Of a DNA stretch of 64,000 bases, positions 9,078-19,446 are shown piece after piece. A model generated the notes under the pieces. The model was not told the origin of the DNA. It saw only the letters and a list, made by a program, of their open reading frames with translations, and made no database searches. Source of the stretch: Polyangiales bacterium (GTDB lineage Bacteria > Myxococcota_A > Polyangia > Polyangiales > Ga0077539). Positions within the stretch are counted from its first letter, which is position 1, and each line of letters begins with the position of its first letter. Where the stretch lies: NCBI GenBank assembly GCA_044229975.1, contig JBGARZ010000003.1, positions 621,809-685,808 of the forward strand, read 5' to 3'. The translations under genes and the position numbers were made by a program.

Positions 9078-10607
9078 TCAGATCGATCCGGGTCGGAACT
9101 CCCCCGTGGGAGTGGGGTCGGTCGTGGGTTGGGTGACGCCAGACCCGGGGCGGCGCGGCGGCGGGAGACGACGAACACCAGGCCGCGCGACGACGACCGG
9201 GCGCGGCGTCTCGACGGGCGCGGCGGGTGGCGGTGGCGGCGGCGCGGCCTCGACCGGAGGCGGCACCACGACGGGCTCGGGCGGCGGTGCGAGCGGCGGT
9301 GCCTCGGGCGGCGCAGCGGGTCGGGCGGCGACGGGACGAGGCGCGGGGCGATCGGCGGGATGGCGAGCCGCGAGCGCGATGCCCGCCACCAGCAGGAGCA
9401 ACAGCACCGGCAGGGCGATGAGCGCCCACGATCGGCTGCGCGCCGGGGCTGCGGGCTCGTCCAGTTCGAGCTCTGCTTCCAACTCAACAGGCGCTGCGGG
9501 CGCGAGCGGAGGGGGCAGCGATGACGCGAGGGACAACGAGAGGTCGGTACGGGCGAAGCGAACGGCCGACGGGTTGGTGAGCTCGGCGAGCACCAGCGGC
9601 TCGCCCTCTCCGATGCGACGAACGAGGTCGCGCCGCGCGGTCAGGGTGGCGCCCTGGAGTTCTTGCACGAGGGCGCTCACGGCGCGGGCGTTGGCGATCT
9701 TGAGCGGAAGGTCTTCGATGGCGTCGGCGAAGGCGGCCGCCGTGGCGAAGCGCGCCTCAGGGTCGCGCGCGATGGCCTTCATCACGATGGGATCAAACGC
9801 GGGGTCGATGTCGTCGGACACCTCCGACGGGCGCTTCACCTCGGCGCGCAGCACGGCCTCGACGGTCTCCACGTCGGTCTCGCCCCGGAAGAGCCGCTTG
9901 CCGGTGAGCGTCTCCCAGAGCACCACGCCGGCCGCGTAGATGTCCGTGCGGCGGCTCACCGATCCGCCCTCCCCGAGCTGCTCGGGCGCCATGTACGAGA
10001 GCTTGCCCTTCACCTTCTTCAGCCCGGTGGTGGTGATGCGGGCCTGGGCCTTGGCGATGCCGAAGTCGGTGATGCGCGCGACCCCGTCGACGCCCACCAG
10101 GACGTTCTGCGGCGACACATCACGGTGCACCACCGCGAGCGCGGAGCCGTCGCCGTCGGTGAGCTCGTGCGCCGCGTGCAGTCCCGAGAGCAGGTCGATG
10201 AAGATGCGCGCCGTCACCCCGATGGGGACCCTGCGCGCGCGCCGGCCCGCGGCCTTGATGAGCCCCGAGAGCCGGTCGCCCTCGATGTACTCCATCACCA
10301 GGAAGAGCCGCCCGGCCTCGTCGCCCACGTCGAGGGTGCTCACCACGTTGGGGTGGTGGATCTTCGCCGCCAGCCGCGCCTCGTCGAGGAACATCCCCGC
10401 GAACTCCTCATCCGAGCGCAGGTGCGGGTGGCAGACCTTCACGGCCACGACGCGCTCGAAGCCCGCCACGCCCCGCGCCCGCCCGAGAAACACCGAGGCC
10501 ATGCCCCCGCTCGCGATCTCCGTCAGGAGCTCGTAGCGACCGAGCGCGCGAGCGTGCGGGGCAGCGTCTCCGCCCGGCGGCTCCTTGTTGTCGGCGTCTG
10601 ACGCCAT
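9078..10607 (-). CDS. Membrane-anchored Ser/Thr protein kinase
   Basis: IASGGMASV, VAVK, HRDVSPQN, DFG, YMAPE, DIYAAG; TM then Pro-rich tail. Confidence 0.93.
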   Translation of the reverse strand: MASDADNKEPPGGDAAPHARALGRYELLTEIASGGMASVFLGRARGVAGFERVVAVKVCHPHLRSDEEFAGMFLDEARLAAKIHHPNVVSTLDVGDEAGRLFLVMEYIEGDRLSGLIKAAGRRARRVPIGVTARIFIDLLSGLHAAHELTDGDGSALAVVHRDVSPQNVLVGVDGVARITDFGIAKAQARITTTGLKKVKGKLSYMAPEQLGEGGSVSRRTDIYAAGVVLWETLTGKRLFRGETDVETVEAVLRAEVKRPSEVSDDIDPAFDPIVMKAIARDPEARFATAAAFADAIEDLPLKIANARAVSALVQELQGATLTARRDLVRRIGEGEPLVLAELTNPSAVRFARTDLSLSLASSLPPPLAPAAPVELEAELELDEPAAPARSRSWALIALPVLLLLLVAGIALAARHPADRPAPRPVAARPAAPPEAPPLAPPPEPVVVPPPVEAAPPPPPPAAPVETPRPVVVARPGVRRLPPPRRPGSGVTQPTTDPTPTGEFRPGSI

Positions 10608-10666
10608 GGCCTCGTGATTGTGCGTCCAGCGAAAGCGCCGTCGCAAGCTCCCATCTAGAGAGCCTT

Positions 10667-11686
10667 CTACACGTCCTCGGGGTCGTCGCCCACCCCGAGG
10701 GTGTCCTCCACCGCGTCGCCGAAGCGCTCGACCAGCCGCGCCCGAAACCTCGCCCGCAGGCCGTTGGCGAGCTGCCCGAGGCGCTGCTTGGTCTGCCCGA
10801 AGCGGGCAGCCAGCTCGGACAGGGGCTTCGGGTCTTCGCCGCGCAGGTGCTCGTCCCACAGCGCGCGCTCCCGCGGGTCGGTGAGCGTTCGACCGAACTC
10901 ATCGGCCAGCTCGCGCAGGGCGCCGAGCACCTCGCGGCCCGCCGCCGCCCGCTCGGGATTGTCCGCGGAGGTCAGCGCTCCGGCGAAGTTGCCGCCAGGC
11001 CCGAGCATCGGCGCGTCGAGGCCCACTTCGCCGCCCGCGAGGGAGGCCGAGACCTCGCGCACGTCGGCCTCGGAGGTGTCGAGGTTGGCCGCGAGCTGCT
11101 TCGGGGTCGGGTCGATGCCCGCGCCGAGGAGGCGTCGACGCTCGCGTTCGAGCTGGAAGAAGAGCTTGCGACCCGCGCGGGTGTTGCCGGTGTGCACCAG
11201 CCGGAAGTTGGTCAACAGGAACCTCAACACGAAGGCCCTGATCCAATACGCGGCGTAGGTGCCGAAGCGCGCCCCCTGGTCGGGCTCCCACCGCCGTGAC
11301 GCCTCGACGAGCCCGGTGGAGCCCTCCTGGATGAGGTCGAGGGCGTTGGTCCACTGGCGGCGAAACTCGAAGGCGATGTGCACCACGAGTCGGAGGTTGT
11401 GCACCACCAGCTTGCGCATCGCATCGGCGTCGCCCTCATCGCGCGCGCGTCGGCCGAGGGAGCGCTCCTCCTCCTCGCTGAGCAGGGGGTAGCGCTTGAT
11501 CTGATCGAGGAAGCGCCCGATGGCGTCGCGCGGACCGGCCGGGACGATGGCCCGCTCGTCGTCGGGCGAGCGCACCAGCTCACCGCCAATCGACTCGACG
11601 TCGAGGACCTCGCCGACGAGGGCCTCGTCGTCGTCATCGGGTGTGTTGTTGGAGTCGTCGTGCTCGTCGTCGTCCGGCGCGTTCAC
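10667..11686 (-). CDS. RNA polymerase sigma-70 family factor, RpoH/sigma-32-like
   Basis: YPLLSEEEE (region 1.2), NLRLVVHIA, DLIQEG, RFGTYAAYWIRA, RKLFFQL (RpoH-box-like). Confidence 0.88.
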   Translation of the reverse strand: MNAPDDDEHDDSNNTPDDDDEALVGEVLDVESIGGELVRSPDDERAIVPAGPRDAIGRFLDQIKRYPLLSEEEERSLGRRARDEGDADAMRKLVVHNLRLVVHIAFEFRRQWTNALDLIQEGSTGLVEASRRWEPDQGARFGTYAAYWIRAFVLRFLLTNFRLVHTGNTRAGRKLFFQLERERRRLLGAGIDPTPKQLAANLDTSEADVREVSASLAGGEVGLDAPMLGPGGNFAGALTSADNPERAAAGREVLGALRELADEFGRTLTDPRERALWDEHLRGEDPKPLSELAARFGQTKQRLGQLANGLRARFRARLVERFGDAVEDTLGVGDDPEDV

Positions 11687-11738
11687 AGCGCGCGGTGGAT
11701 AAGCACTTCCGAAGGCGGAGGGAAGGGAACGCGCTGGC

Positions 11739-13064
11739 TTAGTAGCGGTAGTGGTTGGGCTTGAAGGGCCCGGCCACTGGCACGCCGAGGTAGTCGGCCT
11801 GCGCGGTGCTCAGGGTCGAGAGCTCGACGCCGAGCTTGGCGAGGTGGAGCGAGGCGACCTTCTCGTCGAGCTCCTTCGGCAGCACGTGGACGCCGAGCGG
11901 GTACTTGGCCGGCTCGTTCCAGATGGCGAGCTGGGCGAGGCACTGGTTGGTGAAGGAGCTCGACATCACGAACGACGGGTGACCCGTGGCGCAGCCGAGG
12001 TTCATCAGGCGCCCGGAGGCGAGCACGGTGAGGCGCTTGCCGTTGGGGAAGATGTACTGGTCGAGCTGCGGCTTGATGTTCTCCTTCTTGATCTCGGGGT
12101 GCTTCTCCAGATAGGCGACCTGGATCTCCGAGTCGAAGTGCCCGATGTTGGCGAGGATCGCGCTGTCCTTCATCCGCACCATGTGCTCGCCCGTGATGAC
12201 GTCCGAGCAGCCCGTGGCGGTGATGAAGATGTCGGCCGTCTCGACGACGCTCTCCAGGCGACGAACCTCGTAGCCCTCCATCGCCGCCTGGAGCGCGCAG
12301 ATGGGGTCGATCTCGGTGATGACCACGCGGGCGCCCATGCCGCGGAGCGACTGCGCGCAGCCCTTGCCCACGTCGCCGTAGCCGCAGACCACCGCGAGCT
12401 TGCCCGCGACCATCACCTCGGTGGAGCGCTTGAGGCCGTCGAGCAGCGACTCGCGGCAGCCGTAGAGGTTGTCGAACTTCGACTTGGTCACCGAGTCGTT
12501 GACGTTGATGGCGGGGACCTTGAGCGTGCCCTTGCGGTGCATCTCGTACAGGCGGTGCACACCCGTGGTGGTCTCCTCGGAGATGCCGCGAACGGGGTCG
12601 GCGCCCTCGAAGAGCTGCGGGTACTTGTTGTGGATCAGCACGGTGAGATCACCACCGTCGTCGAGGATCATGTTGGGGCCCTTGCCGCCCTCGAACGCGT
12701 AGATCTGCTGCTCCAGGCACCAGTCGTACTCGGCCTCGGTCTCGCCCTTCCACGCGAACACCGGCACGCCCGTCACCGCGATGGCGGCGGCGGCCTCGTC
12801 CTGCGTCGAGAAGATGTTGCAGCTCGTCCAGGTGACCTCGGCGCCGAGCGCAGTCAGCGTCTCGATGAGCACCGCGGTCTCGATGGTCATGTGCAGGCAG
12901 CCCGCGATGCGCGCGCCCTTGAGCGCCTTCGTCGGACCGAACTCCGCCCGCACGGCCATGAGCCCCGGCATCTCCTTCTCGGCCATGCGGATCGCCTTGC
13001 GACCGAGCTCCGCCAGCGCGAGATCCTTGACCTTGTACTTCCCAGCCTTCTCGTTGTTGCTCAT
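11739..13064 (-). CDS. ahcY: Adenosylhomocysteinase
   Basis: [68 protein letters not shown]. Confidence 0.98.
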   Translation of the reverse strand: MSNNEKAGKYKVKDLALAELGRKAIRMAEKEMPGLMAVRAEFGPTKALKGARIAGCLHMTIETAVLIETLTALGAEVTWTSCNIFSTQDEAAAAIAVTGVPVFAWKGETEAEYDWCLEQQIYAFEGGKGPNMILDDGGDLTVLIHNKYPQLFEGADPVRGISEETTTGVHRLYEMHRKGTLKVPAINVNDSVTKSKFDNLYGCRESLLDGLKRSTEVMVAGKLAVVCGYGDVGKGCAQSLRGMGARVVITEIDPICALQAAMEGYEVRRLESVVETADIFITATGCSDVITGEHMVRMKDSAILANIGHFDSEIQVAYLEKHPEIKKENIKPQLDQYIFPNGKRLTVLASGRLMNLGCATGHPSFVMSSSFTNQCLAQLAIWNEPAKYPLGVHVLPKELDEKVASLHLAKLGVELSTLSTAQADYLGVPVAGPFKPNHYRY

Positions 13065-14110
13065 CGTCTCTTCTCTTTCTTCGCTGCGCTCGCAGCGACC
13101 TTCGTCGTCGATCGATCGTCCCCCGCCACCCTCGCGCTCAGCACCGTCCACGGCACGCCCCGGTCGGGACCGTTGCCGCGCCACGCCGCCGGAACCTCCA
13201 CCACCGTCGCCTGCTCCAGGCCCGCCTCGCGCGCGAAGCGGCGCAGCTCGTCGGCCTCGAAGCCCAGCCACAGGTCGGCCTGCTGCGCCCGCAGCGCCTC
13301 GTCGTCGTGCGGACCGTAGTCGAGCACCATCACCGCGCCGCCCGGTCGCGCCAGCGCCGCCATGCGACGGAGCGTGTCGGCTGGCCGCGGCGCGTGGTGC
13401 AGCACCCTCGACGCAAACACCACATCAGCCCCGACCGGGCACAGCTTCTTCAGCGCCCGCCGCACCTCGACACCATCGACCTCGCCCTCGACGAGCTCGA
13501 CGTTGTCGAACCCGCGCTGCGCCACGCGCTCGGCGCTCATCGCGAGCTGCGCGCCCGCCCGATCGATGGCCAGCACCCGCGTGAACACCGGCGCCAGGAT
13601 CTCCAGCAGTCGACCGTCACCCGTGCCCACGTCGACCGCGAGCGCGCGCTGCGGGATGAGCGGCGCTAGCGCCAGGAGGTAGGCCGCGAGCTCGGGCGGC
13701 GGGCCGACCACCACCGCGCCCTTCGACGAGCGCGCGAAGAACTCCCGCGTCGAGCGCTCGCGCGCCCCCACCACGTCGGCGACCCGCGCGAGGCTGCCGT
13801 CCTTGTCGCAGAGCGAGCGCCCGGTGCGCAGCGCGTCTTCGACCACGGCGTCTCTGCGCCCCTCGCCCGCCACCTGCACGAGAGCCCAGGTGCCGTGACG
13901 ACGCACCTGCACCAGGCCCGCCTGCCGCAGGGCCGCGACGTGGCGCGATACGTTGGGCTGGAGCTCGCCGAGGAGCTCTGCGAGCTCACCCACCGCGAGC
14001 GCGTCGACCGAGGCGAGCGCCAGCAGCCGCAGACGAACGGGCTCGGACAGGAGCCGGTACAGCTCCCATCGGGCCTGTGGGGTCGGGGCGTTGGCGAGCT
14101 GCGGCTCCAT
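13061..14110 (-). CDS. ArsR-family HTH + SAM-methyltransferase-fold regulator (SahR-like)
   Basis: [10 protein letters not shown]...[14 protein letters not shown] (ArsR), [17 protein letters not shown]. Overlaps the ahcY start by 4 nt. Confidence 0.88.
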   Translation of the reverse strand: MEPQLANAPTPQARWELYRLLSEPVRLRLLALASVDALAVGELAELLGELQPNVSRHVAALRQAGLVQVRRHGTWALVQVAGEGRRDAVVEDALRTGRSLCDKDGSLARVADVVGARERSTREFFARSSKGAVVVGPPPELAAYLLALAPLIPQRALAVDVGTGDGRLLEILAPVFTRVLAIDRAGAQLAMSAERVAQRGFDNVELVEGEVDGVEVRRALKKLCPVGADVVFASRVLHHAPRPADTLRRMAALARPGGAVMVLDYGPHDDEALRAQQADLWLGFEADELRRFAREAGLEQATVVEVPAAWRGNGPDRGVPWTVLSARVAGDDRSTTKVAASAAKKEKRR

Positions 14111-14119
14111 CCGGGGATC

Positions 14120-14148
14120 GGTATATACGTCCATACGAATGTCTGCAA
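14120..14148 (-). promoter_or_regulatory. Putative sigma-70 promoter of the regulator-ahcY operon with an overlapping imperfect 20-bp palindrome (candidate operator)
   Basis: Minus strand TTGCAG-N17-TATACC, 9 nt before ATG 14110. ACATTCGT-ATGG-ACGTATAT (14142-14123) has 6/8 arm symmetry and is AT-rich in a very GC-rich background. Confidence 0.55.
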
Positions 14149-14279
14149 GCACCGACCGTGACTCGGGTCATCCGCGGGCATTCCGAGGCTGCGGGGAGCG
14201 TCTCTGCTAGCGACGGGCGGACGTTTGCTCATAGAGTCCGACCCGTTCGGCGGACGCTGAACAGGGAGTGTTTTGACCC

Positions 14280-17222
14280 ATGGCAGGTGCCGCACCGACC
14301 GCGAAGCCAGCGCCCTTTCTCCGACCCCTCGACCGCCTCGACCGGGGCGTGTTGCTGGCGGAGAGCTCGCTGAGCCTGGTCATCGTTGTCTTCATGCTGT
14401 TCGCGGCGGTCTCGGAGTCCGCGTTCCGCATCATCCAGAACTGGTCGACCTTCGCGCGCATCGGGCTGTGCGCCGCTATCTGGCTGCTGCTCGTTGGGCT
14501 CAAGCTCTCCGGCGCGCCCAACGAGCCGGCACCCGCCGAAGGTCTGCTGAAGCGCCTGCTCGGGAAGGAACTCCCGCGTCGCGTCGCCGTGAACCAGGCC
14601 GTGATGATGTTCGTGCCGGTGGCCTTCGGGCTCGGCGCGCTCACCGAGTGGCTCATGCGCGCCGTGCTCCCCATCGCCTCCGACGTGCTGCTCCACGGAA
14701 CCATGTGGGCCGCCTTCCTCGGCGCGAGCTTCGCGACGCGCGGCCGCAAGCACCTCGCCATCGACGCCCTCTCACGCCTTCTCCCCGACCGCGGCCGTCG
14801 CCTCGTCGTGGGCGTCTCCGCGACCATGGGCGCCTTCGTGGCGTTTGCGCTCGCGTCCGGCATCAACCGCTGCCTGCACGAGGCCACCGTGCAGGTCGCG
14901 CAGACCCTCATCGAAAACCAGCGCAACGGCGTGGTCAGCTCCGTCGACCAGTCGTTTCAGTTCCAGTACGTGATCCCGGCGGGCTTCCTCTTCATCGGGC
15001 TGCGCCTCGCGCTGCACGGGTTCCACGAGTTCGTCGCGGGCCTCGCCAACTACAAGGCCCCCGCGGGCGAAGCCCCCATCGACCCCGCGAAGGTCGACCC
15101 CGTGGCCGCCGCACACGAGGGCGCCGTGGTCGAAGAGGCCAAGGCCCCGCCCGCCATCGACCGCGCCGACGCCACCGAGGTGGGCATCGCCCTCGGCGCG
15201 CTCGTCGCGCTCGTCGCGGCCTGCTCGGCGGGCGCTGCCACCGTCGTGAAGCCCGCGATCTTCATGAGCGTGCTCGCCGCGATCACCCTCGTGGTTCCGC
15301 TCATCAACCGCAAGCGCGCGACGGGCTCCTACGACCCGCCTCACCCCGACGTCTACGAGCCGGTGCAGGGGCAGACGCAGCACTTCGCCATCGCCGCCGT
15401 GGTGGTGCTCGGCATCCTCGCCGCGATGCGCTTCGGCCTCGCGCCGCACATCGCCACCATCCCGCTGACGGCCGGCGTGGCGTTCTTCGCGGTGATGGCC
15501 CTCCTCGGGGCGCCGCTCTTCAGCTTCCTCGGCGGCATGGGCCTGTTCCTCTTCGTGAAGCACCTGCTGAGCGAGGGCGACGCCAACAGCCACGCCAACG
15601 TCTTCGCCAACTCGGTCGAGGACATCCTCGGCAACCACTTCGCCCGCATGAGCGTGCTCGCCACGATCCCGCTCTTCACCCTCGCGGGCTACATCATGTC
15701 CGAGTCGCGCATGCCCCAGCGGCTCGTGCGCGTCTCCCGAGCCCTCCTCGGGTGGATGCCCGGCGGCCTCGCCGTCGTGTGCGTCTTCGCGTCGGCGTTC
15801 TTCACCATCTTCTCGGGCGCGTCGGGCATCACCATCGTCGCCGTCGGCGGGCTCCTCGTCCCGGCGCTCCTGCGTGACAAGTACCCCGAGAAGTTCTCCC
15901 TCGGCCTCGTCACCGCGGGCGGCGCGCTCGGCATCACCGTGCCGCCGTGCCTGCCGCTCATCGTCTACGGCATCGTCGCCGGCCTCCAGGAGCCCGCCCC
16001 CGGGCAGGAGCGCCTCGAGCTCCAGAAGTTCCTCGTGGTGGGCCTCGTGCCAGGGCTCGTCGCCATCGGCGTGGTCATCGTCTACTGCGTCGTCGTCGGC
16101 GTCATCTCGAAGGTGCCACGCTCGCGCTTCGACTGGGCTGAGGCCAAGGCCGCGCTGTGGGAAGCCAAGTGGGAGCTCATCCTCCCCGTCTTCCTCCTCA
16201 CCGGCCTCGTGAAGGGCATCTTCAACCCGTCGCAAGCGGCAGCCTTCACGGCCTTCTACGTCGTCGTCATGGAGGTCTTCGTCTACCGCGACCTCACCAT
16301 CCGCAACGACCTCCCGCGCATCATCCCGGAGTCCATGGTGCTCGTCGGCGCCATCTTCGTGAAGCTCTGCGCGGCGACGGTGCTCGTCGGCTACTTCGTT
16401 CAGGCGCAGATCGCCGACCGCCTCTTCGAGTGGCTCACCTGCGGGCCGCCCGCGCTCGCGTACATGCACGCGCACGCCGACTCCATCGGCACCTGCCGCG
16501 AGGCCGTCGACATCCTCGGCCAGCAGCACCAGTCCGCCGGCGGGCTCATCGACTCGAAGCTCTCGTTCCTCATCGCGCTCAACTTCTTCCTGCTGTTGAT
16601 CGGGATGTTGATGGACATCTTCTCGGCCATCGTGGTCGTGGTGCCCCTCATCGCGGGCATCGCGCTCCACTTCAACATCAACCCCTATCACCTGGGCATC
16701 GTCTTCCTGATGAACCTGGAGATCGGGTACCTGATGCCGCCGATGGGCCTGAACCTCTTCATCGCGGGGTTCCGCTTCAACCGCCCGGTGCCCGACCTCT
16801 ACAAGATGGTGATGCCCTTCATCGCTCTCTTCGTCGGCGCGCTGATGATCGTGACCTACGTCCCGTGGCTCACGACGTTCACCATCCCGCGCCCCACGGC
16901 GGCGACCGCTCCGGTGGTCCTGCCCGGCGCGCCCACGGCCAACACCGCCAACCCGACGGCACCCGGCCCCGACCAGGCGCCCGGCGCCCGCAACTGCGAC
17001 ACCCCCGGCGAGGACGAGTCCTTCGACGACTTCACGCGGCGTTGCAGCGGCGGCGACGATGGCGGTGGCGCGGCCCCGACCCCGGCCGCGGCCAACTGCG
17101 ACACGCCCGGCGAGAGCGAGTCCTTCGACGACTTCACGCGACGCTGCGGCGGTGCCGACGCTGGCGCCGCTCCGGTCGACGGCGCTGCGACCGCGAGCGA
17201 CGCCGTCGCGACCGGCGGCTGA
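14280..17222 (+). CDS. TRAP transporter fused small (DctQ) + large (DctM) permease with C-terminal Cys-bounded repeats
   Basis: W.AFLGASFAT..RKHLAID (DctQ); IPLFTLAGYIM, GWMPGGLA, GALGITVPPCLP, EIGYLMPPMGLNLF (DctM). Confidence 0.9.
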   Translation: MAGAAPTAKPAPFLRPLDRLDRGVLLAESSLSLVIVVFMLFAAVSESAFRIIQNWSTFARIGLCAAIWLLLVGLKLSGAPNEPAPAEGLLKRLLGKELPRRVAVNQAVMMFVPVAFGLGALTEWLMRAVLPIASDVLLHGTMWAAFLGASFATRGRKHLAIDALSRLLPDRGRRLVVGVSATMGAFVAFALASGINRCLHEATVQVAQTLIENQRNGVVSSVDQSFQFQYVIPAGFLFIGLRLALHGFHEFVAGLANYKAPAGEAPIDPAKVDPVAAAHEGAVVEEAKAPPAIDRADATEVGIALGALVALVAACSAGAATVVKPAIFMSVLAAITLVVPLINRKRATGSYDPPHPDVYEPVQGQTQHFAIAAVVVLGILAAMRFGLAPHIATIPLTAGVAFFAVMALLGAPLFSFLGGMGLFLFVKHLLSEGDANSHANVFANSVEDILGNHFARMSVLATIPLFTLAGYIMSESRMPQRLVRVSRALLGWMPGGLAVVCVFASAFFTIFSGASGITIVAVGGLLVPALLRDKYPEKFSLGLVTAGGALGITVPPCLPLIVYGIVAGLQEPAPGQERLELQKFLVVGLVPGLVAIGVVIVYCVVVGVISKVPRSRFDWAEAKAALWEAKWELILPVFLLTGLVKGIFNPSQAAAFTAFYVVVMEVFVYRDLTIRNDLPRIIPESMVLVGAIFVKLCAATVLVGYFVQAQIADRLFEWLTCGPPALAYMHAHADSIGTCREAVDILGQQHQSAGGLIDSKLSFLIALNFFLLLIGMLMDIFSAIVVVVPLIAGIALHFNINPYHLGIVFLMNLEIGYLMPPMGLNLFIAGFRFNRPVPDLYKMVMPFIALFVGALMIVTYVPWLTTFTIPRPTAATAPVVLPGAPTANTANPTAPGPDQAPGARNCDTPGEDESFDDFTRRCSGGDDGGGAAPTPAAANCDTPGESESFDDFTRRCGGADAGAAPVDGAATASDAVATGG

Positions 17223-17232
17223 TCCCGCCTCG

Positions 17233-17610
17233 TTACTGAACCACCACACTCCCCCGGTACATGTTCATCCCGCAGGTGAACGCCAGCGCCCCCGAGGCTG
17301 GCGTCGTCACCGCGACCTCCACCGACTGACCCACCGGCAGATCGCGCTCCAATCCGAGCGACGGGAAGCGCAGCTTCTCGCCGCAGTTGAGCGCGTCGGC
17401 CCGCCGAAACACCAGCGTGAGCGCGCGCCCCGGCGCCGAGCGCACCGTCGACGGGTGGTAGCCCTGGTCGTCGACGGTGATCTCCACGCGGCCGTTGGCG
17501 GGCGCGGTCACCGAGGCGGGCGCAGGCGCAGGGCGGGTCGATGCCTTGGGCTCGCAGGCGATGACGATGAGGCTGAGCGAGAGGGCGCCGAGGCGCGAAA
17601 CGGGCGTCAT
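17233..17610 (-). CDS. Cupredoxin domain lipoprotein
   Basis: IIAC-type lipobox, VEITVDDQGYHP, LNCG, FTCGMNMYRG. Confidence 0.88.
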   Translation of the reverse strand: MTPVSRLGALSLSLIVIACEPKASTRPAPAPASVTAPANGRVEITVDDQGYHPSTVRSAPGRALTLVFRRADALNCGEKLRFPSLGLERDLPVGQSVEVAVTTPASGALAFTCGMNMYRGSVVVQ

Positions 17611-17691
17611 GTTTGATAAGCTCCTGATGGGCGATTGTCGGTCTTGTCGGGACTGTGCCTGCGATCGGGGACCGCTGCTATGGTCGCGCCC

Positions 17692-19443
17692 ATGAAGGGC
17701 CGATGGATTGGTTTGTTCTCTGTGGTGGCGGCTTGTTCGAGCCGTGGCGGATCGCTGGATCTCTTCCTCGACGGAGCGGTGACCTCCGACGTCACCGCCG
17801 TCGATCTGGGCGCCAGCCCCAATGACACGGGCACCAGCCCCAATGACACGGGCACCGGCCCCGACGACGCTGGCTTCCCGACCAACGACGTCGGGACGCC
17901 GCCCACCGACACCGGAACTCCCCCCGTCGACACCGGCCCGATGACCGAGTGCACCATCGACAGCGAGTGCGCCGCGCTCGGTCGGGTGTGCGACCGCGTG
18001 ATGAACCGCTGCGTCGAGTGCATCGCCGACGCCGACTGCGCGCGCGGGCGCTTCTGTCCGCCGTCCCACGTGTGCACGGTGCAGGTCTGCGCGCCCAACG
18101 AGTCGAGCTGCGTCAGCACCAGTCGGCAGTCGGTGTGCAACTCGCGCGGCAGCGCGCAGGTCGAGTCGGCCTGCGCCTCGGGCGAGACGTGCCGCTCAGG
18201 GCGCTGCCAGCCCACGGCGTGCACGCCGGGCGCGACCACCTGCGACGAGGCCACCGGCGGACGTCGCGTGTGCAACGCCGAGGGCTCCGGCACCGCGCTC
18301 ATCGCCTGCCCCAGCGGCCAGCGATGCCGTGACAACGTGTGCGCCGCGCTCGCGTGCACGCCCGGCAGCCGGACGTGCGTGGGCACCTCGCTCCGCACCT
18401 GCAACAGCAGCGGAACCGAAGCGACGACCATGGTGTGCCCGCCGCTGCCCAACGCGACCGGCGACTGCGCCATCGGCACCTGCGGCTTCGTCTGCCAGGA
18501 GGGCTTCGGCGACTGCAACCGCACCTTCAGCGACGGCTGCGAGGCGCCGCTGAGCACGAACACGAACTGCGGCGCGTGCGGCCGCGCGTGCACCGCGGGC
18601 CAGACGTGCAGCGGCGGCACGTGCATCGCCGGTACGACCGCGAGCGACTTCCGGGTCACGTCCCTCGGCGCGACCAACTGCCGCGTGTCCGGCCACGAGA
18701 CCGCGAGCGGCGACGACCGCGGCGGCATCGCGGTGTCCTCCGACGCGCTGTACTACACGGGCGACACCGCGACGGTGCGCGCCAACCTCGACCTCATCAG
18801 CACTGCCACGGTGGGGGTCCGTCACGACGGCATCTTCAGCGACCTCGGGACGGGCGACGTCTACGTGCTGCTCAGCGCCGCCGGCACGCAGCCCAGCTAC
18901 ACCGCCGCGACCATGGTGGTGACGCAGCTCGGTCGCCTCAACTCGGCCGGAACGCTCTCGACCACGCGCATCCCGCTCTCGACGCCGTTCACCATCTACA
19001 CCAACAACTATGGCGGCGGCGTCTTCGCGGGCGTCGGGCAGGTCATCATCTTCGCGGGACCGGCCAACCCGACCGCCAGCCCGTCGGGCAACTGGTACTC
19101 CATCTCCCTCCCGAGCGGCACCGTGCGGCTCGTCGGAACCTTCGGGTTTCCGACCCACAACACCTGCGAAAACTGGGCGGCCTGGGGCATCGCCGAGTCG
19201 GTCGGCGGTGACCTCTCCGTGGTCTATGCCGAGAGCGGCACCGCCATCGCGCGCATGCGCCTCGCCGACCGCTCGGTCACCCGCATCGCGGAGTTCACCA
19301 ACATCAACGAGACGTGCTCCATCACCCTCTCACCGACCCGCAACCGCTGGTACTTCCACTCGGAGTACGAGACCCAGTTCTCCACCACGACGAGGGATGA
19401 GCTCTGGGGCTTCTGCGACGCGACCTGGACCGCGACGCCCTGA
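17692..19443 (+). CDS. Cys-rich secreted protein or lipoprotein
   Basis: VAAC lipobox, DTG repeats, multiple Cys-rich modules (CTPG..TC, GFGDCN...DGCE, NCGACG), beta-rich C-terminal domain. Confidence 0.75.
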   Translation: MKGRWIGLFSVVAACSSRGGSLDLFLDGAVTSDVTAVDLGASPNDTGTSPNDTGTGPDDAGFPTNDVGTPPTDTGTPPVDTGPMTECTIDSECAALGRVCDRVMNRCVECIADADCARGRFCPPSHVCTVQVCAPNESSCVSTSRQSVCNSRGSAQVESACASGETCRSGRCQPTACTPGATTCDEATGGRRVCNAEGSGTALIACPSGQRCRDNVCAALACTPGSRTCVGTSLRTCNSSGTEATTMVCPPLPNATGDCAIGTCGFVCQEGFGDCNRTFSDGCEAPLSTNTNCGACGRACTAGQTCSGGTCIAGTTASDFRVTSLGATNCRVSGHETASGDDRGGIAVSSDALYYTGDTATVRANLDLISTATVGVRHDGIFSDLGTGDVYVLLSAAGTQPSYTAATMVVTQLGRLNSAGTLSTTRIPLSTPFTIYTNNYGGGVFAGVGQVIIFAGPANPTASPSGNWYSISLPSGTVRLVGTFGFPTHNTCENWAAWGIAESVGGDLSVVYAESGTAIARMRLADRSVTRIAEFTNINETCSITLSPTRNRWYFHSEYETQFSTTTRDELWGFCDATWTATP

Positions 19444-19446
19444 CCG

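Noticed and set aside
14150..14280. SAH/SAM riboswitch upstream of the ahcY operon
   Set aside because: The GGAGCG-like stretch is on the wrong strand for ahcY, lies upstream of the predicted promoter, and I could not fit the consensus.
17813..17856. 21-bp tandem duplication (SPNDTGT x2)
   Set aside because: Ordinary low-complexity linker expansion in a lipoprotein.
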